Below are positions 12,715-25,492 of a stretch of 64,000 nt of DNA, piece by piece. The position numbers were made by a program, and so were the translations under genes. Within the stretch, counting starts at the first letter, position 1. Every line of letters starts with the position of its first letter. The notes beneath the pieces were generated by a model. It saw only the letters and a program-made list of their open reading frames with translations. It was not told the DNA's origin and did not search any database. Source of the DNA: Azolla caroliniana (lineage: Eukaryota; Plantae; Polypodiophyta); contig JBHGNT010000011.1 of assembly GCA_043228905.1 (NCBI GenBank), positions 5,704,001-5,768,000 on the forward strand, in the 5' to 3' direction.

Positions 12715-13705
12715 ATGAGAAGTTTATATCTTGTGTGGATGGTTGATGGACTTCCACATTTTTTCAATAGCACTATTGGTTGTATGCAAGGATCACCAAT
12801 TCTATTTGGTCTATACATTGATGAATTGAAAGAAATGGTTGTCAAGTTTGTAAAAGGTGTTGAAGAAGTTGCCATTGCGAATGTAATCTTTATGCTTTTG
12901 CTATATGTGTATGATGTAGTGCTTTTTTCCAAATATCAAGATGCATAAAAGTTTATCAAGGAATTGAATTTTTTTTTCATGCATACTAGATTAAGTGTCA
13001 ACAACTCTAAAGCAAAGATTATGCTTGTAAAAAGCCAATAAAAAGATAAACCATGCATTATATATAATAACGTGCCACTTGATTGTGTGGAAAGCTTCAA
13101 ATATCTGGGCCTTCAAGATCCATAAAATCTTAGATAAATTTAATGTGTGCTACCAATCGCCTAGAGGACAAGAGAGCATATTGTGCATTTGAGAACACAT
13201 GCAATCACAAAGAAGTTAAGTATTGGTATGAGATATTGGTTCCTCATGAGATATCTTTTCAAAACTTTGGGGACACCAGTGCTTCTCAATGAGGTGGTAG
13301 TATCCTTAAATCTACTTGGAAGGAGTTTGAAAATATCCAAAAACATTTTCTTACAAAGTTTGTACAAGTTAAGAAACAAACATCATACACCCTCCTCTTA
13401 CTTGAGATGGGATCACTTCCCATTGAGATCATGGCCATGGAAAGGGTTGTACAATGTGTGCTTAAGGTTCAAAAAAGTCCCTCATATTGACTTCCTAGAA
13501 TCATATGGGAAGCAAGAAAAAAGATCCAAAAGACGCATACAAGAAAAATTACATGTTTCGGTTGGATGCAATATATGGAAAAATGGTTTGGTAGATAGGA
13601 TGCAAACATACTTGTTTCATGTTGCATCACTAGGTTCCTCTGTAAATGATAACTTTTTGCAACGCCAATTTATCATGACATGGCAAAAATGTGGAGGCTC
13701 ACTCA
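12715..13705 (+). pseudogene. Decayed LINE ORF2 fragment (RT and downstream region)
   Basis: GCMQGSPILFGLYID (QGxPLSPxLF), LLLYVYDVVL (YADD-derived) and VESFKYLG motifs, with many stops and frameshifts. Confidence 0.8.
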
Positions 13706-14750
13706 TTCGTGATGTAAATGATGGAGAGAGATAGAAAAATGAAAGAGAAGAGACGAGAAAGAGAAAAGAATACTTCAATATACTATTAGGAAAACTATAC
13801 AATCTTCTTAGACTCCTAAAAATAACAACCCCAAAGAACTACTTTAATCTCAATGAAATTAGTTGACAATAGTATTTCCATCTTCTCTCTTTCTTCTACT
13901 AAGCTTCTTCTCACTTCTTCTATTTTTCTTATTCTTCCCCCTCTCAATTGCTAAGAATACCCTCCTATTTATACGTTTTGGGTTGCGTTATTCTTGCTTT
14001 TTTCTTTTCTTTTCTTTTTACATATGCTCGAGTTTATGTGAGGCGTTTTTTTATATCCCCATTTTTGCTTTGTTATCCCAAATTTGTCATACAAGAAATC
14101 TCTCTTTGTCAGTTTTCTTATGAATCTTTTCTTTTGAAATTTGGATATAAGATGAAGAAGTTATGAGCTTTTTTCTCTACCTTGCTTTTTCTGCCTTTTT
14201 CTGCGTCTTTTTTTCTTTTTCTTTTTTCTTGCTTTTTCTATTTTTGAAGAACGCCTCTAACTTTATATTGCTTCAAGTTCCTTCCTCCATTAATACTTGA
14301 TCCTTTCATATTGTCTTTTATTATTGGACCTCTTAGCATCCACATGTTTGCAATAGTCTTTTCGTACAAACAAAGACTGACTTCACGATATGGAGCACAT
14401 AGGAGGAAATAAGTTAAACTAGGAATATTAAAAAGATTGAATGGTAGAACAAGGGTATGATAAAACAAACCTATAATGACTTTGGGTCAAATATAGCAAA
14501 AAGGTTTAGCTCAATTGCTAAGATCTTGTGCTATGAGTGGGAGGTTTGAGGTTTGAGGTTTGAGTTCCACTTGGACCATGAAAGACTAAGTGGGAGCTCG
14601 AGAGATAATGTTACAAGAATTTGTCAAACCGACGTTTAGCGTGACACTGTGCCATCTCATTAGAAATTCGTCATAAAGACCAAGATGGATCTTTTGTATA
14701 TTTTGGAACTCCAAGCGTGACGTAGCACCCTTAGACTGTAAATATTTCAG

Positions 14751-14815
14751 ATGACGAGATTTGAACCCACCATGCTAACCGAAGTCAACGTCTTGTCCGT
14801 TGAACGACACCTGAG
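14751..14815 (-). other. tRNA-like sequence (possible tRNA-derived SINE head or pseudo-tRNA)
   Basis: Minus strand GTCGTTCAACGGACAAGAC (A-box/D-arm-like) ... GGGTTCAAATCTC (B-box) at tRNA-like spacing; no full cloverleaf. Confidence 0.4.
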
Positions 14816-15249
14816 GATAGGCAAAAATATTTTAAAACTTATAAGTTTTTATTATTATTTACCTTTCATGGCCCCCATGAGGCTATACTTGAAATTTGGT
14901 GAAAGTAAATGATAATACTAATATTAATAATAATCATAAAAGGAAAAACAAAGAGATTCAGAAGAAGGAAACTAACATTCGACTCGAACGCTTAGTTCAA
15001 GTTGAAGGCTTAACCTTCAACTCTGAGCCTTTGAGTCGAAGGGTCAAAGTCGATGGTCACCCGTCTACTGCAGCCACCACTTGCTTACCCGCTTGCTGTG
15101 TCTTAAGTATGGCACTTAAGTTATCACTCCCTCTTAATATGTCATCATATCTTGAACAAATTGTGCTATATATTGAGCATGCGAAGAGCAAGTGACTTTC
15201 ATCCTCTACCATGCCTTCATTGCAAGTACTTTACATGCTTTCAAATTCG

Positions 15250-16888
15250 TTACATTTTGATACCATGATGGAACTTCAATAACTAGATTGTGAAATCAAG
15301 TGTGAAGTAGTGTAAGGATTCTATGAGCATTACTACTCATATTGGCAATGAGATAAGGTTGGATACAGTCAATATGCATTCTTGCCTTATATTGAGACCA
15401 ACATTCAAGGTTGACATTTGTAATGTAGTATTCTACCTTTGTCCTCTTAGCATCTTACCACTTCATCTGTAATGATTCCACCAACTTTTCCTCAATCATT
15501 ACAAATGCATAACATCACCTGAAAGCTCTAAAAGATCATCCAAACACCCCACCCCATCTTTTGAACCATTTCTTATGTCAACAACCCAACCGGATGAGAG
15601 ACTTTTACTCTTATGATTCTTTAGTACCTTACATACAACAATCCAAGCAAGATGTGAAAATCAATGATTCGGCATATTCTTGACTTTTGTAATGTATATC
15701 TATATACTCTTTAGAATGCCAATATCTCTATGGACCAAACACCTATTTCCAAGAGCATAACCTAGTAAGAGGTAGTGCATTGAACTCCTAATTGCCTCCT
15801 TAAAAACATCTTTTTTATTTTCTCAATCTCATTCTATGCATTAAGAGAGATGGTGTCACCCCATACTTCTACTCCATAAAGCAATACTTGAGTTACCATG
15901 GCATTGAACAACATTAGTTTTACTTCCCATCCACAAGTATCACTTTGGTTGCATTGGTTCTCCAAAAGGTAATACAATTTCCAACCGGCTTGAGGCCAAG
16001 AATCAAAGTATGCACTCCATTTATTTGTGGCAGGCACATCAATGCCAAGATATTTAAAGCTTTGAACAAATTGTATATGTTCACCTCTATATGTGATCAT
16101 AGGGTAATGGTGGGTTGGATTACTTGCATTGCCATCATTTTGTTTTCTCCACTAGTCCACTACTATGGCAAAATTCTTCTAATACCCCAAGTAAATGTTG
16201 CATACTATCAACATTATATGAGAAGAGCACCACATCATCTGCATATAAAAGCAATAGGATATTAACATGTTGTATCAATTCGGGGGCATTCAATCCTTCT
16301 TCTCTTTATTCACCACTTCTTCTAATTTACCAATATACATAAGCCAAAGAGTGGGTGATAGTGGACATCCTTGCTTGACCCCCATGTTACTTAAAACGTG
16401 CTTTGAGAATCCACTATTCATTTTTAGTTGGTATTTAACTCGTTCCTTTAGGTGTGCAACAACAACTTGGTACTCTAATGGCATGACAATCTCTACTATC
16501 TACACCAAGGCTCACTTTGTGGTATGGTATCAAAAACTTTCTTGAAATCAGCCAAACAACAAAAGTGTTTTTCCTTATAGTCGACTCTCTTCCATGGTTA
16601 CTCTCAATGTGACCAAATGATCCGTAGTAGAGTGTTTTGGTCTAAATCTTGCTTGCCCAAGTGCTCATTTGCTTGTACTTTCAACCCATGTGCTTATCTT
16701 TTGCTCCATAATAGTGCTATATAATTTAGCAATAGTTGAGCTCACCATTATTGTACGATGGTTTGATACTTGATTCTTATCTCCGGCTTTAAATATTGGT
16801 TTAATGCAATTCATAAGCCAATCATTTGGAAAACCTTGTTTTATAGTTTGCTTTATAATTGTCCTTATCTAATGATGAGTATGTGGCC
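15250..16888 (-). pseudogene. Decayed LINE ORF2 (RT to C-terminus), interrupted at its 5' side by gypsy element G
   Basis: GFPNDWLMNCIKPIFKAGDKNQVSNHRTI (~16745-16840), GVKQGCPLSPTL, VQSFKYLG and LLYGVEVWG motifs. Confidence 0.88.
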
Positions 16889-17505
16889 TGTTATCCGTGG
16901 GACAATAAGACTAAGGTATGAAAAGGATCGTAAAATTAAAGTGTGAAAGGGGACAAGTAGATCACGATAAAAGAAGTCGAGCACTAGTAGTTGAGGGGAA
17001 AAGTAACCGAAATACAAGCAACCATAAACATAGGCCGAGGATCAAGAGAGAGTAGTTGGGACGAGCCGATGAGGGAGAGAGCTATATAAATCGTGAAGTG
17101 GCAAAAACAGGGAGAGGCCATAAGGGAATACAGAAGATATATCTAATTCGAGCCATAGTGACTAACTTGATTAGAAATATAGATATGTATTGAGAGAGAG
17201 AACAATACAGATTTACTCGGTTTGTACTACCAATGTATTATCTATTTAATAATCAATTACGTATAGTTTTTGGGTCCATCTCTATGCCTCTCTCGTTTCC
17301 ATTTCCATTTCCATTTCCAATTGTGCTATTTGTTCTATAAGTCATGAGTGCGGATCAGTCGTAGCTGATTCTCGAAGTGTCCAACTAGAAGGGTGTAACG
17401 TTCGGCCTCTACTCGGCCCTACCTTAGTCTCTTACGTGACCACGATTCCTTGACCCGATTACTCAAGAGGAGTAATCGAAGGTGTTCCCCAACAAAAGAG
17501 TAACA
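16889..17505 (+). repeat. G 5' LTR (617 bp)
   Basis: TGTTA..TAACA ends, TATA box (CTATATAAA at ~17082), followed by a PBS-like site. Confidence 0.82.
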
Positions 17506-17510
17506 CAATT

Positions 17511-17523
17511 TGGCACTCCTGGT
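17511..17523 (+). promoter_or_regulatory. G primer-binding site, tRNA-Arg-like (TGGCACTCCTGGT)
   Basis: Begins TGG 5 nt after the LTR; resembles the complement of the plant tRNA-Arg(UCU) 3' end (TGGCAC(A/G)CCC..), recalled from memory. Confidence 0.6.
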
Positions 17524-17576
17524 TCACATTGTGAGGTCACCGCGAACAACGTGTAGGAGACACCCTAGTCATTATA

Positions 17577-20500
17577 ATGACGCCCAACTCCAGCACACAT
17601 TCTTGGCTACCATCTCGATGAGTCGAACCAGCCGAAGGCATCTTCGACTCCCCGCTCACGCAACAATTGCCACCACAGTAATCACTGTCACACCAATCAC
17701 CATTGCCAACACTCGACGCTCAGTCAACCGTGGGCTCCGACCCCGTTTCACCTCGTAATTCCCCCGAAGTCAACCAAGCTGAAGACAACCCCTTTCTGGC
17801 GTTACCCGAATATCCAGATTTCGACACCATGTCGTATTCGTATCAACGTTACACGGATGGCCACAATGCAGAATCACAGATCAGATCCTTCTTGTCGACA
17901 TGACAAGCCAACCATTTGACGTAACGTCTAATCGCTGTCGCGAAAATACGACAAGGATACGCGAACTTGAGGCAGGACCCTGGGGCCTCCTACCAGAGAA
18001 TATCAAATTCGTGTGTTTATGTACTAAGAATTAACCGAAATAAGAAAGATTGACAAATTTCATTAACAAATAGAAAGAAAGATTACAGTTAATCCCAAGA
18101 TTGGGATTACAAAAAGTTTAGCTAATGGAGATTGCTAGAATAATAGATTAGAAGAATTTGAGATATGGATTCAATAGAAAATTAGGGGTTTTTTTTTTGC
18201 TTTGATAAGAGATTATGGTTTATGAGTTGAATAGCTTCCGTATGGAAAATTTTGAATTATGAGTGATAGATCCCCTAAGAAAATTCAGATTCTTCCTTTT
18301 TCTCTCTCACCCATACACTTGCATGAAGGAACTTCAGTTTGCATCTCCCATCCCTTTGCATGCATTCCACATGGCGTTTTTACTTTCGTTGCATGATCGT
18401 TCCCCTTTTTCTTTTCATGCCTTCCATATGATCTTTATTTTATGCATGCCCTCCAACTTTAGTTGCATGTGTACACATGGCCTTTACTTTAGTCTCTTTT
18501 ACTTTACTTGCCACATGATCCTATCATCTGTCCGTCTCGATGGTCGCCCATCCAATCTATCCGTCTCGAATCACCACCCATCCAATCCATCCGGTCCACG
18601 TCCAACCTCATCCGGTCGCTGATTCCGGTTTGGTTTTCGACCGGTTCCAATTTGGTTTTCAGCTTACCAGCTGGTTCCGAATTGATTTCCGACCGTTTCC
18701 GGTTCCATTTTATTGTCAGTCGGTTTTTGGGAACTTGGCTACATTTATCCATCTAAACAAAGTGGCCAAAGTGCTCTTAGCACAAATGAAAATGAGGGAT
18801 CTCAATGTGCTTATATAGCAAGGGCCTTAAGTTTCCTATCTATGTGGGATAAATCATAGTTCTATTTTCCCTATTTTCCCTATCTTCTCAAACTTCATGT
18901 TCTCATAACTTGATATGTAGTAAAATGCATTTTGAAGCTCTTAAGTACATCCATCTTTCTATAACAAGCTACTTAATCTAATCTAAAATAATTATTTCAT
19001 TATTTTTTTACACAGTGCGTGAGGATTCACACGACACCGCTACCTAGGCTGACTCATCGAAAATCGCAGAGTTCACATTATCTCTCGATGGACCTGCAAC
19101 ACGCTGGTATTCCTTGCACGACCTAGGGGAATTCGCGAGGTTTGAAGATGTTCGCAATTGATTCCTTGAACTTTCCCACCGAGAAATACCCAAGTAAGAA
19201 CTGCTCTGTCAGTCTATGTAATCGCATAAGAGCCAAATGAAACAGTCTCCTAGTTCACAATCCACTTCCAAGATCTTTATTGCCAAATCGTTCAAGATGT
19301 GTCTGTGAATCATCTTAAGGACACATTCCTCACAGAGCTACAAGAGCCTCTTCGCACGACTTTAGCCTTGACCGACGTATCACAACAAACGATTGAGCAA
19401 GTGGTCAGTCACATCCTCTCCTTGGACAGATCTCAAAATAATACCTCTTTTTCTATGAGTTCTCTCCAAAGCGCCTTGCCGACACACGAAGAAACCTAGT
19501 TTCGGCAGGCGATCCAATGCACGACATGCTTGAATTTCCGGCCACTCGGCCATTGATTGCGCTCTCCGACCACACTACCCGATTTGCCACTCCTAAGGGC
19601 ACACGATAGAGCAATGTGAATATAATATGCTCAACTGCACAACCGCCGCCCCGGTACGCCAAACCGAACCTCGCCACAATCGTCCTCGACAAGATGATTG
19701 TAATCGTCAGCCACCTCGATTTTGGGAAGTCGAGCGACCCAGGTACGAAGATCGGTATCGACCCAAGGGGGATTGCTATCGTCCAGACAATCGGTCTCGA
19801 TTCGAGGAGGATCGCTATTGGCCTGCCAAAGATCGCCACCGGCCAAAGGAGGACTACTATCGGCCAGTGGATGACTAGTATCATTACAACTACGATCATG
19901 ACAATGATTATGAGACACGATACCGTTCCAACTGTAGGTAGGATCGGTGACACCCCCAAAACAATCGCAGACATCACCAACTGGGGAATAATCGAAGACC
20001 CCCAAATAATCGACACCGGGATCCGCCGTGTCCAGATCATTGTCAACCGTCTCCCCACATCGAGTCTCGGGATGATCACCATCAAATGCAGTGATACGAC
20101 ACGCCACCCCGAGAAGAACCCCTAGACCTCTGCAATTCGAACATGGGGAATCAAGCAACTTTGCTCCGATCACATGCTTCAATTGCAATCAACCAGGGCA
20201 TTATGCGACTCAGTGTTCGGTCAATGATTGCGGCAAGGGCCCCGTAGTAAATATCATCACGACCGAAGTCCAATAGGTAACAACAAGAAGCAAGGCACAA
20301 CACACGCAATGGCACGTCTAGGATGAAGTCTGTCAAGCCTCAAAAGAATGGATTGAGAAAGCTAATAACGCTAATGTCGACTACATGAATACTGAAATGA
20401 AAGACACCACTATCGGCTCGTCAACTTCCTCAAAACCTACCAATTCTCTTGACGAAGATCCAACCTGGCAAGCACTTACCATCTGCCAGATATCAATGCC

Positions 20501-22518
20501 CTTAAGTAAGCTCCTTCATTTGCTTCCACGATTCAAGGACACAGTGGTATCCTTGACCACCGAAAAAGATCGGACGACTGTGCCGAGTCAAGTATAGGTT
20601 CCCCACTAATGGACTCCCAAAACCTTGCTTTGAAACTCATTATCAAAGGGCGTGATATACACGGTTGCATTATTAGCATTATTAGCGAAGCCACTTGCCG
20701 AGCTCTCAGCATTAACCAATGGGAACCGTGCCCATTTGGGTTATGAATGGCGGATACATGTTCCATCCAGCTGATGGGCTTAATCTGACACCTCAATTTC
20801 ATTCTTGGAGGCCATACACTTACGATCTCGGTAGTGGTCTTAAGGCTGGATTTTCCCGGCGTCTACTTGATATTGCTCGGACGTCCTTGATTACGCACGA
20901 CGAACATTAAGCAACACTGGTAGCGCAATATGATCTCCTTCCGACGCGGGAAAACAAAGGTATGTGTCATCATGGACGAACGAATACCCACCCCAAAGGA
21001 CACCACTCCTCTCTTTGTTGAAGGTGTCCACATGCTCGACGGCCTAGCAGACGAGGAAGTCGATAGCTTTTTGGAAGATCACCCAAAGATTGTACCGCTA
21101 TTCGACATCGACATCGTCGAAGCCGTCAGTCCTTATGTCTCCGAGCTGGTAGAAGGGGAATGAGATATCGGCCGAGAACCTGATCCGAAATCGGTTGAGG
21201 AGTTACACTAGGCACGCGAAGCGCTCGAACGAGAATTAGCCATATCACAATGCGTAAAGGCATCAACACTAGAGGAAATCAACCTCGACACTACCACAAA
21301 TCCACAACTGCTCAAAATAACAAAGGAACTCGCCCATGACGAACGATCGACATTGGTAGGCCTGCTCATAGAGTATCACGATGTTTTTGTGTGGTCATAT
21401 AGTGACATGAAAGGATTAGATCCTCGATACTACCAACACCAAATCCATCTGAAGCAAGATGCCCGACTCGTGTAGCAACGCTGTTACAGAATGAATCCCA
21501 ATTATGTGGCAAAAGTCAAAGAGGAAATCGACAAGCTTCTCCATGTGGGGTTCATTCGACCCGTCAAGCATGTCACGTGATTAAGTCCAATCGTGGTCGC
21601 CCCAAAGAAAAACTGCAAAATAAGGATATGTGTCGATTATCGGAAGATGAACGTTAAACCCATCACCGACGCATTTCCTCTCCCTTTTACGGATGGTGTG
21701 TTAGATGTCGTCATGAGACACGAACAATATAGCTTTCTGTATGGGTTCGGTGGTTACAATCAGATCTGCCTGCACATTGACAACCAAGAAAAGAAAGCAT
21801 TCGTAACAGAATGTCGTGTTTTCATGGTGGTTGTGATGATGTTCGGATTGAAGATGGTGCCGACGACCTTCTAGCAGATCATCACCGAAAATTTCGGCGA
21901 CTATATTCCGACATTCATGCAAGTCTTCCTCAATAATTTCTTTGTGTAGGGACGACAAGTCGAGCACCTCAACCAGTTACGTCTCTGTCTCGATCATTTT
22001 CGGCAAGCTCGGCTCAACCTAAACCCCACGAAATGCACGTTTAATGTCTCTAGTGGCGCCCTATTTGGGCATATCGTCAGCCGAGAGGGGATTGCTATGG
22101 AACCCAATAAACTAAAACCCATCTTGGCCGCTCCGGCCCCTACCACTGCGAAGGCCTTGAGCCGATTTGGCCGATTCGTTGGCATAATCGAATGTTGCGT
22201 TATTTGGCCAAATTCGCGACGTCATTACATGCGGCGGTTCAATTGCCCTTCCAATGGACGGGAATAGAAGACAACGCTTACAAGGCTCTTAAGGTTATGC
22301 TATCTCAGGCACCGGTTGTGCAATCCCTCGATTGGTCTCAACCATTTCACGTTTTCGTTGACGCTTCTGACGTGGCTATTGGGAGTGCCCTAATGCAAAT
22401 GACTCCTCCGAACTGGTACTAGCAAGTTTACTATGCCAATCGACGGCTCTCGACGGCCAAAAAGAACTATTCGACCACAGAGCGCGAAGCACTTGGCATG
22501 ATATACAACATAACAAAG
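17577..22518 (+). pseudogene. G gag-protease-RT-RNase H (degenerate; interrupted by insert 17936-19036)
   Basis: CCHC knuckles (~19518, ~20174), RT motifs PKKNCKIRICVDYRKMN, DAFPLPF, GYNQI, MMFGL, and RNase H VFVDASDVAIG..NYSTTEREALGM. Start approximate. Confidence 0.88.
17936..19036. mobile_element. Solo-LTR-like insert (1101 bp) in G gag
   Basis: TGTCG..CGACA ends; apparent 4-bp TSD TCGC/CCGC; AT-rich and non-coding; gag resumes afterwards. Confidence 0.75.
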
Positions 22519-24930
22519 TGTAAAAGTTAGCGTGCGGAAGCTTGACAAAACTGGTTTAGTCAGGCAGCAACAGAGAATAGAAAACACAGGTTCAATGGAA
22601 GCTTGAGAATATTTAGCATACACGGGAGAGATAGAAGGAGTAGAACATAAAACTCTATTCTAAAATAATAATCCTCTTTATATATAGAATGTGCTCAAAG
22701 AGCACTTTTATACAAGTCCATAAAGGACTGACAAAAGTACTGACAGGTACTTCAATGCTCATACGAGCGACCGTCACTGACTCCCAAAAATATGCCTATG
22801 TAGTAGGCTGGATCCTCTAACGGCCTACTGATTTCAATCTAATACGACTCTTGGTTCTGGATATTATCCGGACATCGATCCGGTTCTTCGTTCCGGATAC
22901 CGATCCAGATCCGTTTGAGCTTGCTCGCTCAACACTCCCCCTCAAGCTCAACTTGAGGTCAGATCGTGGTGTTAGTGTCTGCAGTAGCCAGTCCTTTCCT
23001 CCGGCTCCTCACGTCCTCCTGCCTTGCTCGCGCTCCTCGTCCGGTCCAGTTCTGCTTTCCATGATTCGTCCGGTTCTACACACCTCGTCCTCCTTGGTCG
23101 GCTTGTCTGCTCAGCAAGCTCATCTTAGCTCCTTCACTGCTATGACTCGTCCGCTTGGCCTTTAGTTGATCCGGCTCCTCCGAATCAAGTTGTTGGACCG
23201 AATCGGCTTCCTCTGATTCGTTCCAGCTCTTGTCCAAATCAGTTGCCTCTGATTCGTTCCGACTCTTGTCCGAGTTGGTATTCTCCAACTCATCTTCCGT
23301 TTTCAGGCCCTTCACCACATCGGACCACGTTCGGGTCTTGGCCTTCTTCTAGTCAACTCTGTCCTTCTTGACTCTGCCGCCGCTGTCGCTTGCTTCGACT
23401 TGTTCGGATGTGCCGACTCCTTCGGTCGGCTCGGGTTCCTTTATCTGCTCATCTCCCCCCTTGGTTCTTTCTTCCTCTCTGGCTCCTTGTCCGGTGCCAT
23501 CTGTTCCCGTTCCTATTTTCCCCCTCAAGTGCGGCACATTGAGATGTTGAATGCCGAGCATCTCCGAGAAATGCTGCAAATTGTCCGATCCAAGCAGCTT
23601 GGTGAAGATGTCAGCAACCTGCCGATCTATGTGAACATACCGAAGTTCAACTTCACCGCTCAAAACCTGCTCATGAACAAAGTGATAATGCACTTCTATG
23701 TGCTTTGTCCGAGCATGGAATACAAGGTTCTTGGTGAGTTGTATGTTGCTTACGTTGTCACAATAAATCAGGATCTGGGTCAGCACCTCGATCCGGAGGT
23801 CTCGCAACAGCCGCTAAAGCTAGATGGCTTCACAGGTGGCAATGGTAGCGCCCCGGTACTCAGGCTCAATGCTCGACAGAGCCAATGTTGGCTGCTTTTT
23901 GCTGCTCCATGCAACAACCGCACTACCAAGAGAAAACATGTAACCGGAGGTGGATCGACGATCTGATGCATCACCAGCCCAGTCAACATCGGTATACTCG
24001 ACCAACTTCCCAACTATACCATGTCGGTATAACAGTCCTCGGTCCGTCGTTTCGCTCACATATCGCAATAGTCGATGCACGCACTGAAGGTGCTCCACGG
24101 TAGGCTTCTGCATAAACTAGCTGATCACCCCGATTGGATAACTGATGTCGGGTCGGGTGATCATCAAGGATATAAGGCTTCTGACAATTTGTCAGAACTG
24201 TTTCTTATCGCAAGCCGGGCCGGAGTCGGGACGTAGCTTCAGTTTCCGGAGTCGGTCGGCATTCTGTCATGCCGAACTTGTGCAACATATTCAACAAATA
24301 GTGTATTTGTGAGAGCAATATGCCATCTAGGGTCCGGATAACCTCGATCCCACGAAAATAATGAAGGTCTCCCAAGTCCTTCATTTCAAATGCGTCCGAC
24401 AACTCGGACTTCACTATGCCGATTTCATCCAGTCCGGGTCCGGTGATGACTAAATCATCAACATATAGTAGGATACAAACCGGACCATCCAGAACTTTTC
24501 AGATGAATAGTGACGAGTCGGACTTTGAGGCCGCAAACCCCATCTTACGCAACCAGTGCGTGAACTTCGCATTCCAAGCTTGGGGGGCTTGCTTCAGACC
24601 GTAAACCGACTTCTTGAGTCGGCATACTGCTGACTTGTTCATCTCCGATTGGAATTCGAGGTGTTGGATCATATAGACCCGTTCTTCAAGGTCACCTTGA
24701 AGAAACACATTCTTCACGTCCATTTGGTGAAGATTTCATCCCCTTGCTGTAGCAACAACCAATACCACACGAACCATCGTCATCTTCGCTACCGGAGTGA
24801 AGGTCTCGTCGTAGTCGATTCCGTGGGTCTGTGCATATGTTGAGAAGCAAGCTCAACATGGTATGCGATGCTTATTGGGAAATAAGCTATAGTAGTTATT
24901 TAGCTACTTGTGAACATAAAGGAGAAACAA

Positions 24931-25050
24931 CTAATTAGCTACTGACAGCTAATTAGCTACTGACAGCTATTTAGCGACTGACAGCTATTTAGCTACTGAC
25001 AGCTATTTAGCGACTGATAGCTAATTAGCTACAGGCAACTAATTAGTTGC
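24931..25050 (+). repeat. 18-bp tandem array (~6.5 copies) in B LTR U3 (second copy near 29537-29656)
   Basis: Unit CTA(A/T)TTAGC(T/G)ACTGACAG; the array contains the palindrome AGCTAATTAGCT. Confidence 0.95.
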
Positions 25051-25492
25051 ATACGTAAGTAACTTATTACTTAGGTAGAAAGTAAGAGAGTAAGAATAGA
25101 GAAGAAGATATACAGAAAGTAGAACTCTGAGAGAGAGATAGTGAGCATAGAGAGAAAGAACTCAGAGAGTGAGAGCAAGAGAGAGAAACAAACGAGAGCA
25201 AGTAGAGCTCTGCGCATAATGAAATAGAAGAAGTTTTTGGCTGCTACAGAGGTAAGTCTCCTTCCCCCTTCCCTTCTGTGTTTGAGCACTAAACGATCTA
25301 GCACACCACGATCCGCCGCGCACATAAGAAGAGCCCGAGTGCCTTCTTCACGTTTTCTTAACATGGTATCAGAGCATAGTTGCTCATAAAGAAGAGTACA
25401 AAAGTGCATAGATCTGAGAAAGGTATTTCTCTGTTTGCTGATCTGCTACAGAGAAAGTTACTTGTTGAAGTAATCGTAGCAGAAACCCTAGT

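Noticed and set aside
13710-14345. LTR-like segment (TG start, minus-strand TATA, CT-rich tract)
   Set aside because: Could not find a matching CA end with a TSD, so it is not called.
24859-24865. PBS-like TGGTATG just after the terminal hairpin of the B LTR
   Set aside because: Only 6 nt match the tRNA-iMet PBS and it is absent from the related A and E LTR starts; likely chance.
24931-25050. CRISPR-like appearance of short palindromic repeats
   Set aside because: No unique spacers and no cas genes; it is a head-to-tail array inside a eukaryotic LTR.
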